A DNA stretch of 64,000 nt from Candidatus Latescibacterota bacterium (GCA_965116875.1 OZ220733.1:3488001-3552000); one strand, 5' to 3'. Shown: positions 54,235 to 63,547, counted from the first letter of the stretch. The notes: generated by a model not told the origin, from the sequence alone. Program-made: numbers and translations.

Positions 54235-54497
54235 AGAGATTTCGCACGAGTTATTATGTCATTCATATATCTCGTCGAAAACTCCTTACACAGCTCGATA
54301 AACCGACCATCAGGTCGATCTGCAACAACAGCAAGCAGATCTTCCTTGAGTTTTCGAGCAATTCTCACGGAATCTTCAGATGCATCGTTCAATACTCGAT
54401 CCATACAGATAACCTCGAGAACGGTGCTTATGACCTCAATCCTTGCGTTAAGGTATAGAATCTGCTCCTCCAATCCCAAATCCACGAAATCGTCCAT
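54231..54497 (-). CDS. Hypothetical protein (88 aa)
   Basis: AGGAGG RBS upstream, plausible helical protein; stop lies within the MITE TTAA end. Confidence 0.55.
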   Translation of the reverse strand: MDDFVDLGLEEQILYLNARIEVISTVLEVICMDRVLNDASEDSVRIARKLKEDLLAVVADRPDGRFIELCKEFSTRYMNDIITRAKSL

Positions 54498-54549
54498 TAC
54501 CCATTCCTCCTGAAAACGGTTAATGACCGCCTAGATGCGGTCATTACGG

Positions 54550-54670
54550 GATCGGCCTGATGCGGCCACTGCAGGATCGCCTTAATCAGGCCACTGTAGG
54601 ACCGCCTTATTCAGGCCGGTTGAAGATTGCCCTAGTCAGGCCACTTGGGATGCGATTGAAGTCTCGGACG
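54550..54670. repeat. 25-bp-period repeat element, copy 3 (four tandem units)
   Basis: gatcggcctgatgcggccactgcag / gatcgccttaatcaggccactgtag / gaccgccttattcaggccggttgaa / gattgccctagtcaggccacttgg. Confidence 0.75.
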
Positions 54671-55243
54671 CTCCGTCCACGTCTCTACCTTTTGAGTGTC
54701 TCCCCGACAGGCGTGAGGGGTGCACCCGGCGAACTTGAGGTTCGAGACGTATCAGTATCGCCAGGTAAACACGCGTATGCGGTTGGGCGGGTCGGATCGT
54801 GTGATCGGCGGATCACACGCAAAGTTCTGAACCGTCGGGGATAGTCGAGACCAGCAAGGCGGGGTAGTCCAAACGAATTGGAAGTTCATGGCGTTACGTA
54901 GAATCGATGAGGTAATTCAATACTTATGGTCTATGAGGCTTTGCTGTGTTCAGCCCTGTCTGCGTTCGCAGGTCAGCCATCCAGAAGCCGGTCCGGTCCC
55001 CTGTACGCTCGCCTTGCTTGTGCTGCTTGCACTGAGCTTGCCAAGTGACTTGTCGAAGCAAGCCTGCGGTCCCTGAGAATTGTCCTGAGCTTTTCGAAGT
55101 CTCGAAGGCGCTGCCATGAGCCCCGTCGAAGAGGCAGGCGACGTCAGATGTAAATTTCCGTGTCGGATACCTCCAAAGGACGCGCTCTCTACCATTCGCA
55201 GATTCAGACAATATCACGTTTTCCTATCTTCGGTCAAATTCGA

Positions 55244-57574
55244 TCATTCATGTCTGAGCGTATCCGCCGGATTCGCCGTTGCGGCCTTGTAAGTCTTGCA
55301 GCTGACCGTAAGCATTACGAAAGCGAACGTCAGCACGGCCCCCGCGATGATGGGTACGTTCAGGTCAATTCGATAGACGAAATTCTGAAGCCACTCTTTG
55401 AATAAAAAGTACGCGATGGGCCCTGCAATTATGGTGGCCAAGATAACGATCTTTATGAAGTCAAAGGAAAGGAGCGTCATCAGACGCGGTACAGATGTGC
55501 CGAAGACCTTTCGGATTCCGACCTCCTTTGTTCTTTGGGCTACTGTAAAAGAGGTTAACCCAAATGAACCGAGGCAAGCTAAGCCCAACGCAAGAATTGC
55601 CGAGAATTGCACGGCAAGCAACCATTTATTTTCGTCCTTATATTGGTTCTTCAGGTCATCTTCAAGAAACCTGGCCCGAAAGGGTTGAGACGGTGCTATC
55701 TTGTGCCATTCCTTCCGCAGGATACCGAGTGTGTGCCAATCCTCCTCGGAAATCGATATAACAAACAACTTGCGACAAATCTCAGGTTCGATGAAAATGA
55801 CAGCAGGCGCAACCTGACGGTGAAAGGATCTGAAGTGAAAATCTCTTACCACGCCGATAATCGGCGCGTCGTGACCACCGTTCCAATCGACAACTTTGTC
55901 TTTTGCACTTCGCCATCCAAACTGCCTCATGAGGGCTTGATTGATAATTACGCCGTTGCGGTCGGTGGAATACAAACTGGAAAAGTCCCTTCCCTCTAAC
56001 ATTTTAAACCCGAGTGTGTTCAAAAAGCCAAAATTCACCGCGATATTCTCCACATGTTCAACCTTTCTGCCCTCAGCTTCAACAAAGCCGGCGATTGTCT
56101 GCCTATTGCTAAGTGGATGGGAACCCCTCGCAACGCCAGCTATGTTGGGATATAATGCTAAATTCCTCTCATAGACATCGACCAGGGCTGGCGAAGTTTC
56201 CAAAAGCCGCCCGATTCCGACTTCAATTACGCCGTCCGTTCGGAATCCCGGATTCTTGTTAATAAGCAGATTCAGTTGTGCGACCATTGCAACGGTGCCC
56301 ATTATTAAAACCATTGACATAGCAAACTGAAGAACAAGCAACAATCTCATCAGAAAGCCGAGATTCACGCTCTTAGGTCGAGCACAAAGGACCTCAATCG
56401 GTTGTAGACGAGACAATGCCAGGGCAGGATAAATGCCTGCAACCACGCCTATGGCCACCGTGAGAAGAAGCACATAGAGTGATGTCGAGACGTTTAAATG
56501 TCCAAATAGGCTGATTTTTCTCCCGACAAGGGCGTTAAAGCTCGGTAAGGTCGCGGCCATCAATCCGAGCGCGATGATCAATGCCATAAGCGCCAACAAG
56601 ACAGACTCAACGAGGTATAGATTGACAAGCTGATGTCTTTGCGCGCCGAAGAGTCGACGAACGCCAGCCTCCTTTGTGCGCAAGAACGCACGACCGATGG
56701 CCATTGCCGAATAGTTGACGCTCGAGATCGTAATCACAGTGACCACGATTCCGAAAAATATGTAGATGTACGCAGGATCAGTCGAGCGTTCGACTCCGAG
56801 AGTGTGTCTGTCGTTATGCATTTCTTTGAAAGGCTGCAGCAACAGGCTTATCGTACTGATTTTTTCCTGCCCCAACTTTCTATGGACGATTTTGGTCAGT
56901 CTTTCCGAGACACTACGAGGCTCCAAATAATCGGGCAAGAGCACAAATGTCGTGGCGACCAGAAATTCCCATGAATTTAGGAACCTACCTGCAGCATCGC
57001 AGGGCAGCAAACAATCGAATACTATACTGGAATTGTCTGGAAGTCTTGACACGATGCCGGTAACTGTATAGACCTCCTTTTCATTTAAGGTCAAGACCTT
57101 GCCCACCGGGTTTGCGTCTGCAAATAGCCTTGTCGCAACGTTTTCCGTAATCACTATAGAACGCGTTGCACTAAGTGCCGTTGATGGATCTCCCATCAAC
57201 ATCGGAAAAGAAAACGCCTGGAGAAATGAGGGATCGACATAACTCATGCGAACTCTCATCGATTTTTCCGCATGAGCGATAGAAGCCCTGTCTCGGTAAA
57301 CCCTTACAACCGTTGCATCCTGAAATTCATTGGCGATGGTGGGCCCGAGTGGCAATGGTGTACTGCTCATCAATTGATCCCCCGATCGAACGCAAACTCG
57401 GTAAATACGATCCACATTAAGATGGAAGAGATCGTAGGTCCATTCGCTATGCGCGAATAGGACTGCAAGTAGTGCAAAGGCCAGAGAAATCGAAAAACCA
57501 CCGATATTGGCCAATGAAACTAGCTTGTGCTTGAGAAAACTTCTGAATGCCAAAGTAATGTAATTGGGTAACAT
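55244..57574 (-). CDS. ABC transporter permease, duplicated MacB/FtsX type
   Basis: NYI.LAFRS..K.K..S..NI.G, YD.FH.N.DRIYRV, R.KE.GVR..FGA, LLVLQFAMS, IIGVV.DFHF.S, RTKEVGIRKV.G, AA.ANP...LR.E. Confidence 0.9.
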   Translation of the reverse strand: MLPNYITLAFRSFLKHKLVSLANIGGFSISLAFALLAVLFAHSEWTYDLFHLNVDRIYRVCVRSGDQLMSSTPLPLGPTIANEFQDATVVRVYRDRASIAHAEKSMRVRMSYVDPSFLQAFSFPMLMGDPSTALSATRSIVITENVATRLFADANPVGKVLTLNEKEVYTVTGIVSRLPDNSSIVFDCLLPCDAAGRFLNSWEFLVATTFVLLPDYLEPRSVSERLTKIVHRKLGQEKISTISLLLQPFKEMHNDRHTLGVERSTDPAYIYIFFGIVVTVITISSVNYSAMAIGRAFLRTKEAGVRRLFGAQRHQLVNLYLVESVLLALMALIIALGLMAATLPSFNALVGRKISLFGHLNVSTSLYVLLLTVAIGVVAGIYPALALSRLQPIEVLCARPKSVNLGFLMRLLLVLQFAMSMVLIMGTVAMVAQLNLLINKNPGFRTDGVIEVGIGRLLETSPALVDVYERNLALYPNIAGVARGSHPLSNRQTIAGFVEAEGRKVEHVENIAVNFGFLNTLGFKMLEGRDFSSLYSTDRNGVIINQALMRQFGWRSAKDKVVDWNGGHDAPIIGVVRDFHFRSFHRQVAPAVIFIEPEICRKLFVISISEEDWHTLGILRKEWHKIAPSQPFRARFLEDDLKNQYKDENKWLLAVQFSAILALGLACLGSFGLTSFTVAQRTKEVGIRKVFGTSVPRLMTLLSFDFIKIVILATIIAGPIAYFLFKEWLQNFVYRIDLNVPIIAGAVLTFAFVMLTVSCKTYKAATANPADTLRHE

Positions 57575-57833
57575 CGTCGTCAGTCAGGGCCGGTTTGCAT
57601 AGCGGTTTTGCGCCACTTTCGTTCTGTATAAGGTATAAGGCTTGCGTGTCAAGCGCAAGCCCGTGGAACGTGGCAATAGGTTGACGATGGGTTAAACTTT
57701 CCCTTCTTTCGGAGGCAAACTCGTGAACACATAATAATGTCGGGGCCTTCGAAGAAACGAAAGCCCCAAGACTGTGGTTGAGTTTGCGTTTTGCCATTGG
57801 TGGATGGTTTAAATTCGAAGCAACACCCTGAGA

Positions 57834-58127
57834 CTATGGGCCATCAGCCTCAGGCGGCTTTTCGCCACATCCGTTCCACCAAATTGTACACGGATTATTG
57901 GATATACACCAGGCGCCGAGACAATCCGCGCCCCAGCATTCAATTCTGATCGTCCAACCGCAACACTTGACTACGCAAACATGGTCGTGCGCGTACGCCG
58001 GCTGGACATAAGTCCCAAACAATGTGACAACAGCTAAGAGTGCACAAATGCACCAAGTCCAGGCCAATCCCCGTCTTGGTGACGCAGAGCCCCTTTCGTC
58101 TCTCAGAAAAGACTTAATGGCAGACAT
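57834..58127 (-). CDS. Small secreted Cys/Trp-rich peptide precursor with a Flp-pilin-like leader
   Basis: Strong AAGGAG RBS; MSAIKSFLRDERG leader, hydrophobic segment, AYA cleavage motif, 51-aa C-terminal part with 8 Cys and 5 Trp. Confidence 0.8.
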   Translation of the reverse strand: MSAIKSFLRDERGSASPRRGLAWTWCICALLAVVTLFGTYVQPAYAHDHVCVVKCCGWTIRIECWGADCLGAWCISNNPCTIWWNGCGEKPPEADGP

Positions 58128-58379
58128 CCAATCGCTCCTTTTTGTTGGAGGTTTAATGCCAGAGAATTAATCTCCATATCCGCTTCAGCTGGACCAAAGT
58201 GGATCTTACTGGCGCAGTTTGCATAAGCCCAATCAGATCCACAGAGGTTGTTTTTTATTGCTTACGGAACGGTCCAAACGCGGGGCGATCGAAATCACGA
58301 CATTTGATCCTCCTTTGTTAACTGTTGTTGTTAACTCAATTGATCTCGCCAGGACGATTCTTATAGCATCACCTCCCTT

Positions 58380-59501
58380 CTATAGGCGTGTAGCAATCCC
58401 GCCGCTCATGATTTGTACAACCAGTCGGGTTATTGCACTGCCAATATTGTCCGCTACCAGGGCAGTCAGCACTGCCCCTGCCGTAATGAATGGAACAAAC
58501 GGGATGGTACGGTCCAAAGCAATCTGCCGATCCCTGGGCAACACACCCTCGCAAGTGAGTTGATTTAGACGATTCAAGGCTTGTCTTGTGAGCGGTCGCC
58601 CTCCCTTCAAGAGCATTCGCGCGACTTCATTTCTATCATCGCGACAGTTTTCCTGCTCCTCTGATTCGAGAAATACGGATTGGCTTGGGACATTCCCCGG
58701 CTGAAGAGATGAAATTGGCACTGAATGGGTGAAGGTCGTACCGTACATGTGACGTATTTGGATATACACTAATTCCATAACCCAAACGATCGACCCCACG
58801 CCCAGATAGGTCAAGATTCCGTCGGTCGTCAAACTCAAGTAGATGACGACAACACAACCTGTCCAGACGATCAGTGACCAGTGACGGGGTTGCAGGACAA
58901 AATCAATCAAACGGTATCCAATGACCAAAACAGCAATAGCCTCCAGATAACTGATGGGACGTCTCAACACCAGAACGGTCATTCCAAGGATGATTCCAAG
59001 GAGACCGAGATATTTAGCGGCGGATCGTAAGTAGAGATCGGTACTTTTCAATCCCTTAGCCAGAATCCCGTCGTTGGTTCGTGCGAAAAACATCGAACTC
59101 AAACCATACAGGAAAAAACATACAATCGTATTAATGACCAGAGCTGAACTGGCCGTATGAAGCGAAAGCGCACTATAGCTTGGACAGAGTGTAGGGGGCA
59201 GCGCTAAAGCGGTCCCCAAAAAGAGCTTGCCGTCACCCGGTCCCCAGACCCGCGCAATTGTCATTCCTGCGCTAATGGTAAGGCTGCTGGCGATCACGCC
59301 GACCACCTGATTGGCTGTGGTGATACCGCTGATCAACATGATCCCCTGACCAGTAAGGCCGACTCCCATCAAGCCGACTGTCCACACGTTCGGTACCGTT
59401 CGGGCATAAACGTCTGATAAGCAGATATATAGACCGCCCCCAAATACTGCCGACAGCATGAGCCATTCCACCCAGAAGATTCCATCGTTCAATATGCCCA
59501 A
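58380..59501 (-). CDS. A24-family prepilin peptidase (long form with C-terminal domain)
   Basis: Catalytic Asp motifs SDVYARTVPN and WGPGDGKL; C-terminal IPFVPFI.AG; many TMs; TTG start. Confidence 0.8.
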   Translation of the reverse strand: MGILNDGIFWVEWLMLSAVFGGGLYICLSDVYARTVPNVWTVGLMGVGLTGQGIMLISGITTANQVVGVIASSLTISAGMTIARVWGPGDGKLFLGTALALPPTLCPSYSALSLHTASSALVINTIVCFFLYGLSSMFFARTNDGILAKGLKSTDLYLRSAAKYLGLLGIILGMTVLVLRRPISYLEAIAVLVIGYRLIDFVLQPRHWSLIVWTGCVVVIYLSLTTDGILTYLGVGSIVWVMELVYIQIRHMYGTTFTHSVPISSLQPGNVPSQSVFLESEEQENCRDDRNEVARMLLKGGRPLTRQALNRLNQLTCEGVLPRDRQIALDRTIPFVPFITAGAVLTALVADNIGSAITRLVVQIMSGGIATRL

Positions 59502-59519
59502 GACTTAACCCCTTAAAAT

Positions 59520-60098
59520 TCACCGCAAATTTGCGAGACGATTTACAAGCTCGAGCGCTGGTCCAAATCCGACCGCGAAATCCACAATAACCCCCGCTTC
59601 AGATATCCAATACGCGCTTGGAACGCCATTTATTTTGTAAGCGCGAAATATCTCTCCTGTCGTATCCTGCACGACTGAGAAGCGGGATGTGAATCGGGCT
59701 TCCATCTCATCAGCCTCTGGCGAATTGTCGTTCTCGGCTGTCGTCCCACGACTTACAAAAAAGAGTTGATCAACGGGCAGTTCTATTTTTGTCTCAATCA
59801 ATTCACGCTTCAAGTCCTGGGAGTATTGGCAAGTCGGCGACATAAAGACGAGTCCAAGATTACTGCCGCGTAGTTCATTAAGTTCAACTGAATCGCCGGA
59901 TCCAGTATGGAACGTAATATTGGGCGCTTCAGCTCTCCAAGGCAGCTGTTCATTATACAAAGGCTGAATAATTGAAGACTGAGGCACTCCAATGGCGCCA
60001 AGTACGATCACCGCAACCATTCCCAGGCCAATCCCCAAGGCGTGGAATCGAACCGAAGAGAGATTCGACAATTTCAGCTTCAGAGTAGTGTAATCCAT
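59520..60098 (-). CDS. Membrane-anchored thioredoxin-fold (TlpA/redoxin-like) protein with CxxS motif
   Basis: N-terminal TM, APNI.F....G..V.L..LRG, FMSPTCQYS, Y.INGVPSAY.I...G.I. Confidence 0.75.
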   Translation of the reverse strand: MDYTTLKLKLSNLSSVRFHALGIGLGMVAVIVLGAIGVPQSSIIQPLYNEQLPWRAEAPNITFHTGSGDSVELNELRGSNLGLVFMSPTCQYSQDLKRELIETKIELPVDQLFFVSRGTTAENDNSPEADEMEARFTSRFSVVQDTTGEIFRAYKINGVPSAYWISEAGVIVDFAVGFGPALELVNRLANLR

Positions 60099-60226
60099 TG
60101 ATCCGCCTATCTTTACTTGGACCGCAAAAAGAATGTCATCCAATAATGGGCAACACATTTGCGCCAAGCCAAAAGACATACCGGCTCGTACCTTGCGACC
60201 TCGGTTTCTCGTTTAAGACGAAAGGG

Positions 60227-60778
60227 CTACTTGTTGTCAACATTAAACGAAGAAAACATCCGGAAGATGTTCCCCGGTCCGGTCGTCGCCTTGAGAATGA
60301 CCCCCGCTTCATCAACAAGCAGGGCGCTCGGGACTCCGAAGATGCCCATCGACCTGAGTGATGCTCTGGTGCTGTCGTAACCCACAACTGCCGTGATTCC
60401 GTGAGCCTCTATTACCTTTCCCAGATTAGCGCGCGAGCCGATTCCCACAATCAACAATGGAATCTTCGAATCGGCATTTTGCAGGATTGGGTAAACGGAA
60501 TCGCAAGCGTCGCAATCTGTAGACGTAAAATAGAGGACGTAAGTATCGCCCCTCATTGAATCAGGTGATACATTGCCGAAATCAAGTCCACTAATCTCAA
60601 AATGCGGAACCTCTTTTCCGACTAATCCATCGAGCGGGTCGACCCGTAATCCAGGCGGATGTCCGAAAAACCTTACCCCAAGGGAAACACACAAAGCGGC
60701 AAGTATGCCACAGGTGAGGGTCATTGCCATTTTGAGGTTTCCTTCGTTGACCTTGGCGAGCGGGCTCATTGGATTCAA
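60227..60778 (-). CDS. Membrane-anchored thioredoxin-fold (TlpA/ResA-like) protein with CxxC motif
   Basis: TM anchor, G..VP.F.I, LYFTSTDCDAC, GVPSALLVD..G.I. Confidence 0.8.
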   Translation of the reverse strand: MNPMSPLAKVNEGNLKMAMTLTCGILAALCVSLGVRFFGHPPGLRVDPLDGLVGKEVPHFEISGLDFGNVSPDSMRGDTYVLYFTSTDCDACDSVYPILQNADSKIPLLIVGIGSRANLGKVIEAHGITAVVGYDSTRASLRSMGIFGVPSALLVDEAGVILKATTGPGNIFRMFSSFNVDNK

Positions 60779-60782
60779 TGCC

Positions 60783-61358
60783 TCATTCTGTCAGCTTTCT
60801 CGATCCCGAATGAATCCATTTTTCAAGTTCACGCAACTGAAGCAGAGTAGCACGGACGGAATACGTGGCTCCCGAAACGCCGTCAATATCCCCGATACCC
60901 AGGCCTGGATTCTCGAGTGATCTGCCTGAAAACTGACGCAGGAATTTCATGGGATCGTATGGACCTGCCTCCAGGTGCCATGGCTCAAGTGGCAGGATCT
61001 CCATAATCTTGTAATTGGCAGGATCAAAAAGCACACCCAGGAGAAGATCCGTGCATGTCGAGCAGACAATATCGTGCCGGACTATCGCAAGTCTACCAAC
61101 TGGCTTGTCGCCATTAGAGACCGAATAGACTGCAAGTACACCGGATCGGGGCTCAGGACGCGCGTCAAAGAAGACTCTGATTTCAATGTCTTTCCATTCG
61201 GTGCGAAGAGCTGATATGTGAGAAACCAGCGCTTTTCTCTTAGGTGGGGCAGGGAGCCCTTCTGTTGAAGTCCCGTTAGTCTGATACACAACAATCAAGG
61301 TTACGGCGACAAGTGCAAGGGTGCCAATCAGTACAGCAAGTATCGACGTTACCCTCAT
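60783..61358 (-). CDS. Membrane-anchored FMN-binding domain protein (ApbE flavinylation substrate) with CxxC
   Basis: N-terminal TM; DIDGVSGATYS flavinylation motif; VCSTC; adjacent to apbE. Confidence 0.8.
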   Translation of the reverse strand: MRVTSILAVLIGTLALVAVTLIVVYQTNGTSTEGLPAPPKRKALVSHISALRTEWKDIEIRVFFDARPEPRSGVLAVYSVSNGDKPVGRLAIVRHDIVCSTCTDLLLGVLFDPANYKIMEILPLEPWHLEAGPYDPMKFLRQFSGRSLENPGLGIGDIDGVSGATYSVRATLLQLRELEKWIHSGSRKLTE

Positions 61359-61371
61359 TTTGAGATAACCA

Positions 61372-62427
61372 TTACTTAACCTGCCCAACAGCGCCGAGAG
61401 CTGACGGAATAAGTGCAACCCTTTCAAAGCCAGACGATGTAAATATCTCTCTGTTTTTTGTAATGATAAGTGCCTCTGTATTGGGAAGGCGCTCAATTAA
61501 CTCAACTCCTTGTGCTTGCCCGAGCACCATAACCGAGGTCGCCAGCGCGTCCGCATCCATCGCTCGATCTGCGACTACCGTCGCACTCATCAATCCGCCA
61601 GCGGATACCCCCGTCCTGGGATCGACAATGTGATGAGCTTTTCGGTCAGAGAAAAAGTACTGCGTGTAGTCGCCCGAAGTCGCAATTGCTTTATTGTTGA
61701 GGTGTACGATTGCGATGCGTTCGCTTTCGCCACGAGGATCTTGGAGAGCCACTTTCCAGGGTACATTGCGGGCACGCTCTCCAATTACGCGAACGTCTCC
61801 ACCGGCGTTTACGAATGCCCGAGAAATCCCAAACTGTAACAAAACGTCAATTGCCTTATCAATGATGTAGCCTTTTGCGATTCCATCTAAGGTGACACCC
61901 ATTCCTGGCTTCTCCAACACGATCTCTTGATCATGGATCCTGATTCCTTGATACCCAACAAGCTTGAAGGCATTTTCTAATTCTTCGAATGTCGGACGTC
62001 TACGCTCGTACATGTGGCAATTGTAAAGGAGATCCAGAATAGGTTTGACGGTGATGTCGAATGCGCCATTTGAAAGAAGAGAAAATCGACGGGATTCGAT
62101 TAGAACCTCCTTAAATTCCCGTATCTTTCCAGAGATTGCCCCATTCCGGTTCAGGTGTGACAATTGACTATCGTACCGGTAGCTACTCAATAGGCGTTCA
62201 AGCCTTTCGATTTCATTATAGACTGCGTCGAAAATCACCTCTTGTTTTCCAATGACGTCGGTACTCAAGATTATGGTTACCGACGTCCCCAGGGCTGATC
62301 TTGAGACCTTAACTTGGCGACCCTGCGCTTCTGGCGTACCGAATAACAACAACGAAAGCAACACAATCGCACATGAGGTACGACTATTCAATCGAACGGT
62401 ACTTGAATTTTCCTCTATAGAGCCCAT
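61372..62427 (-). CDS. apbE: FAD:protein FMN transferase
   Basis: LGT.V.I, LS.Y..DSQLS.LN, GAFDITV.P, LDGIAKGYIID, VNAGGD, AIATSGDY..., HIVDPRTG, ADALAT. Confidence 0.95.
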   Translation of the reverse strand: MGSIEENSSTVRLNSRTSCAIVLLSLLLFGTPEAQGRQVKVSRSALGTSVTIILSTDVIGKQEVIFDAVYNEIERLERLLSSYRYDSQLSHLNRNGAISGKIREFKEVLIESRRFSLLSNGAFDITVKPILDLLYNCHMYERRRPTFEELENAFKLVGYQGIRIHDQEIVLEKPGMGVTLDGIAKGYIIDKAIDVLLQFGISRAFVNAGGDVRVIGERARNVPWKVALQDPRGESERIAIVHLNNKAIATSGDYTQYFFSDRKAHHIVDPRTGVSAGGLMSATVVADRAMDADALATSVMVLGQAQGVELIERLPNTEALIITKNREIFTSSGFERVALIPSALGAVGQVK

Positions 62428-63403
62428 CCATGCCCCTTTGGTTTTTCTTCGCGAAATACACATATCCGTCTTTATCAGCCGCCACTATGACACCGTCGAT
62501 GTTGATATCTGTACTGATGGGTTTCAATTGTCTGTCGTAGACGTCTACATATACTCGAGAGATATCTGTATACAATCCTGATTCTCTTTGTGAGTAGCAG
62601 TAATAGACGAGTGAATCGTTAGTTGCGATACTGAGAGCACTGCCTGATGAAGAGATCTGAACCATAGCAGTGTTGGCCGATCTATCGAATTCGATTCTTG
62701 TTCCAAGATTTAGTTCCGGTCGGAGTCGAGTTTTTGTCACGTTACCTTCGTTCCCAAGTGCGACCAGCTCATAGGGCGTATTTGCACCGAATATGACGCC
62801 ACCTTCCCAGGCACGGACCATGCCGCCTGAAAGACTGCCGATTATCACACGCACATCCCGGTCACTGTGGCCGAGTAGGAGTTTTGCGGATCTCTCGACA
62901 TCATAACGATACAGAACGTACCCTTCGTTAAATCCCGCAACATAAGTGGTCCCGTCATGCGTTGCGGCAACTGATGTCGGATTTGCAATTTCGGTAACGA
63001 ATTTGTCCACTACTTGACCCTTGATATCGAATATCCAAACCTTGGCTTCTTCTGCAACGTACAACATTTCTTCCTTGTCGACGGCAATCGCGCGTGGGCG
63101 CCAGGATTGTTCTTTTCCAAGCGCCTTGGGCCTGATCACCGCGGCGTTGTTCGCTCGTGTGGAAACGCGAAAGACCTGACCACTCACTTTATCGCAGATA
63201 TACAGAGTTCCTCCGCGCCCCATCGCAACATCAGTAATTCTCATCGATCCTCGATTAGGCACGGCCTCGAGATTGATTTCCGACACTTCTAGAAATTCAC
63301 TTGCACTTGCTGAACCGTTTGTCCAGCAGCCACATAGTAGAATCATAGTCCACATAATCGGGACATAAGAGGAGCTTCTCAAGACCGAATTGGACAAATC
63401 CAT
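62384..63403 (-). CDS. Secreted 6-bladed beta-propeller (NHL-like) protein, possible lipoprotein
   Basis: Signal/possible lipobox LLCGC; ITDVA....GTLYICD, PRAIAVD.E.MLYVA, PTSVA...DGTTYVA repeats. Confidence 0.7.
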   Translation of the reverse strand: MDLSNSVLRSSSYVPIMWTMILLCGCWTNGSASASEFLEVSEINLEAVPNRGSMRITDVAMGRGGTLYICDKVSGQVFRVSTRANNAAVIRPKALGKEQSWRPRAIAVDKEEMLYVAEEAKVWIFDIKGQVVDKFVTEIANPTSVAATHDGTTYVAGFNEGYVLYRYDVERSAKLLLGHSDRDVRVIIGSLSGGMVRAWEGGVIFGANTPYELVALGNEGNVTKTRLRPELNLGTRIEFDRSANTAMVQISSSGSALSIATNDSLVYYCYSQRESGLYTDISRVYVDVYDRQLKPISTDINIDGVIVAADKDGYVYFAKKNQRGMDGLYRGKFKYRSIE

Positions 63404-63547
63404 TCTGCAATTGCCTCCGTCAAATCTGACCTAAATTGACCCGAACCTTTCGGATTCCGACAACACACAATTTCTGCGAAACCGTTTCCTCCTCGCCCAA
63501 CCGAACCTTCAGCATACCTCTGTTATTTCAACTCAGTCACTTCCTGT

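Noticed and set aside
48590-54497. Integron cassette array
   Set aside because: No integrase, mixed gene orientations, and I could not identify consistent RYYYAAC...GTTRRRY attC sites.
54550-54670. CRISPR array
   Set aside because: Units are contiguous, degenerate 25-mers with no unique spacers, and no cas genes are present.
57447-57797. 116-aa ORF between the precursor and the permease as a second precursor
   Set aside because: Overlaps the permease start out of frame, spans a hairpin, and has no leader or Cys pattern.
57834-59501. Ordinary Flp/Tad pilus locus
   Set aside because: The small ORF lacks the +5 Glu/+6 Tyr Flp motif, has an AxA site and a Cys-rich tail, and no tad assembly genes are present in the window.
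61050-61075. Heme c attachment site in the FMN-binding protein
   Set aside because: The motif is CSTCT, not CxxCH.
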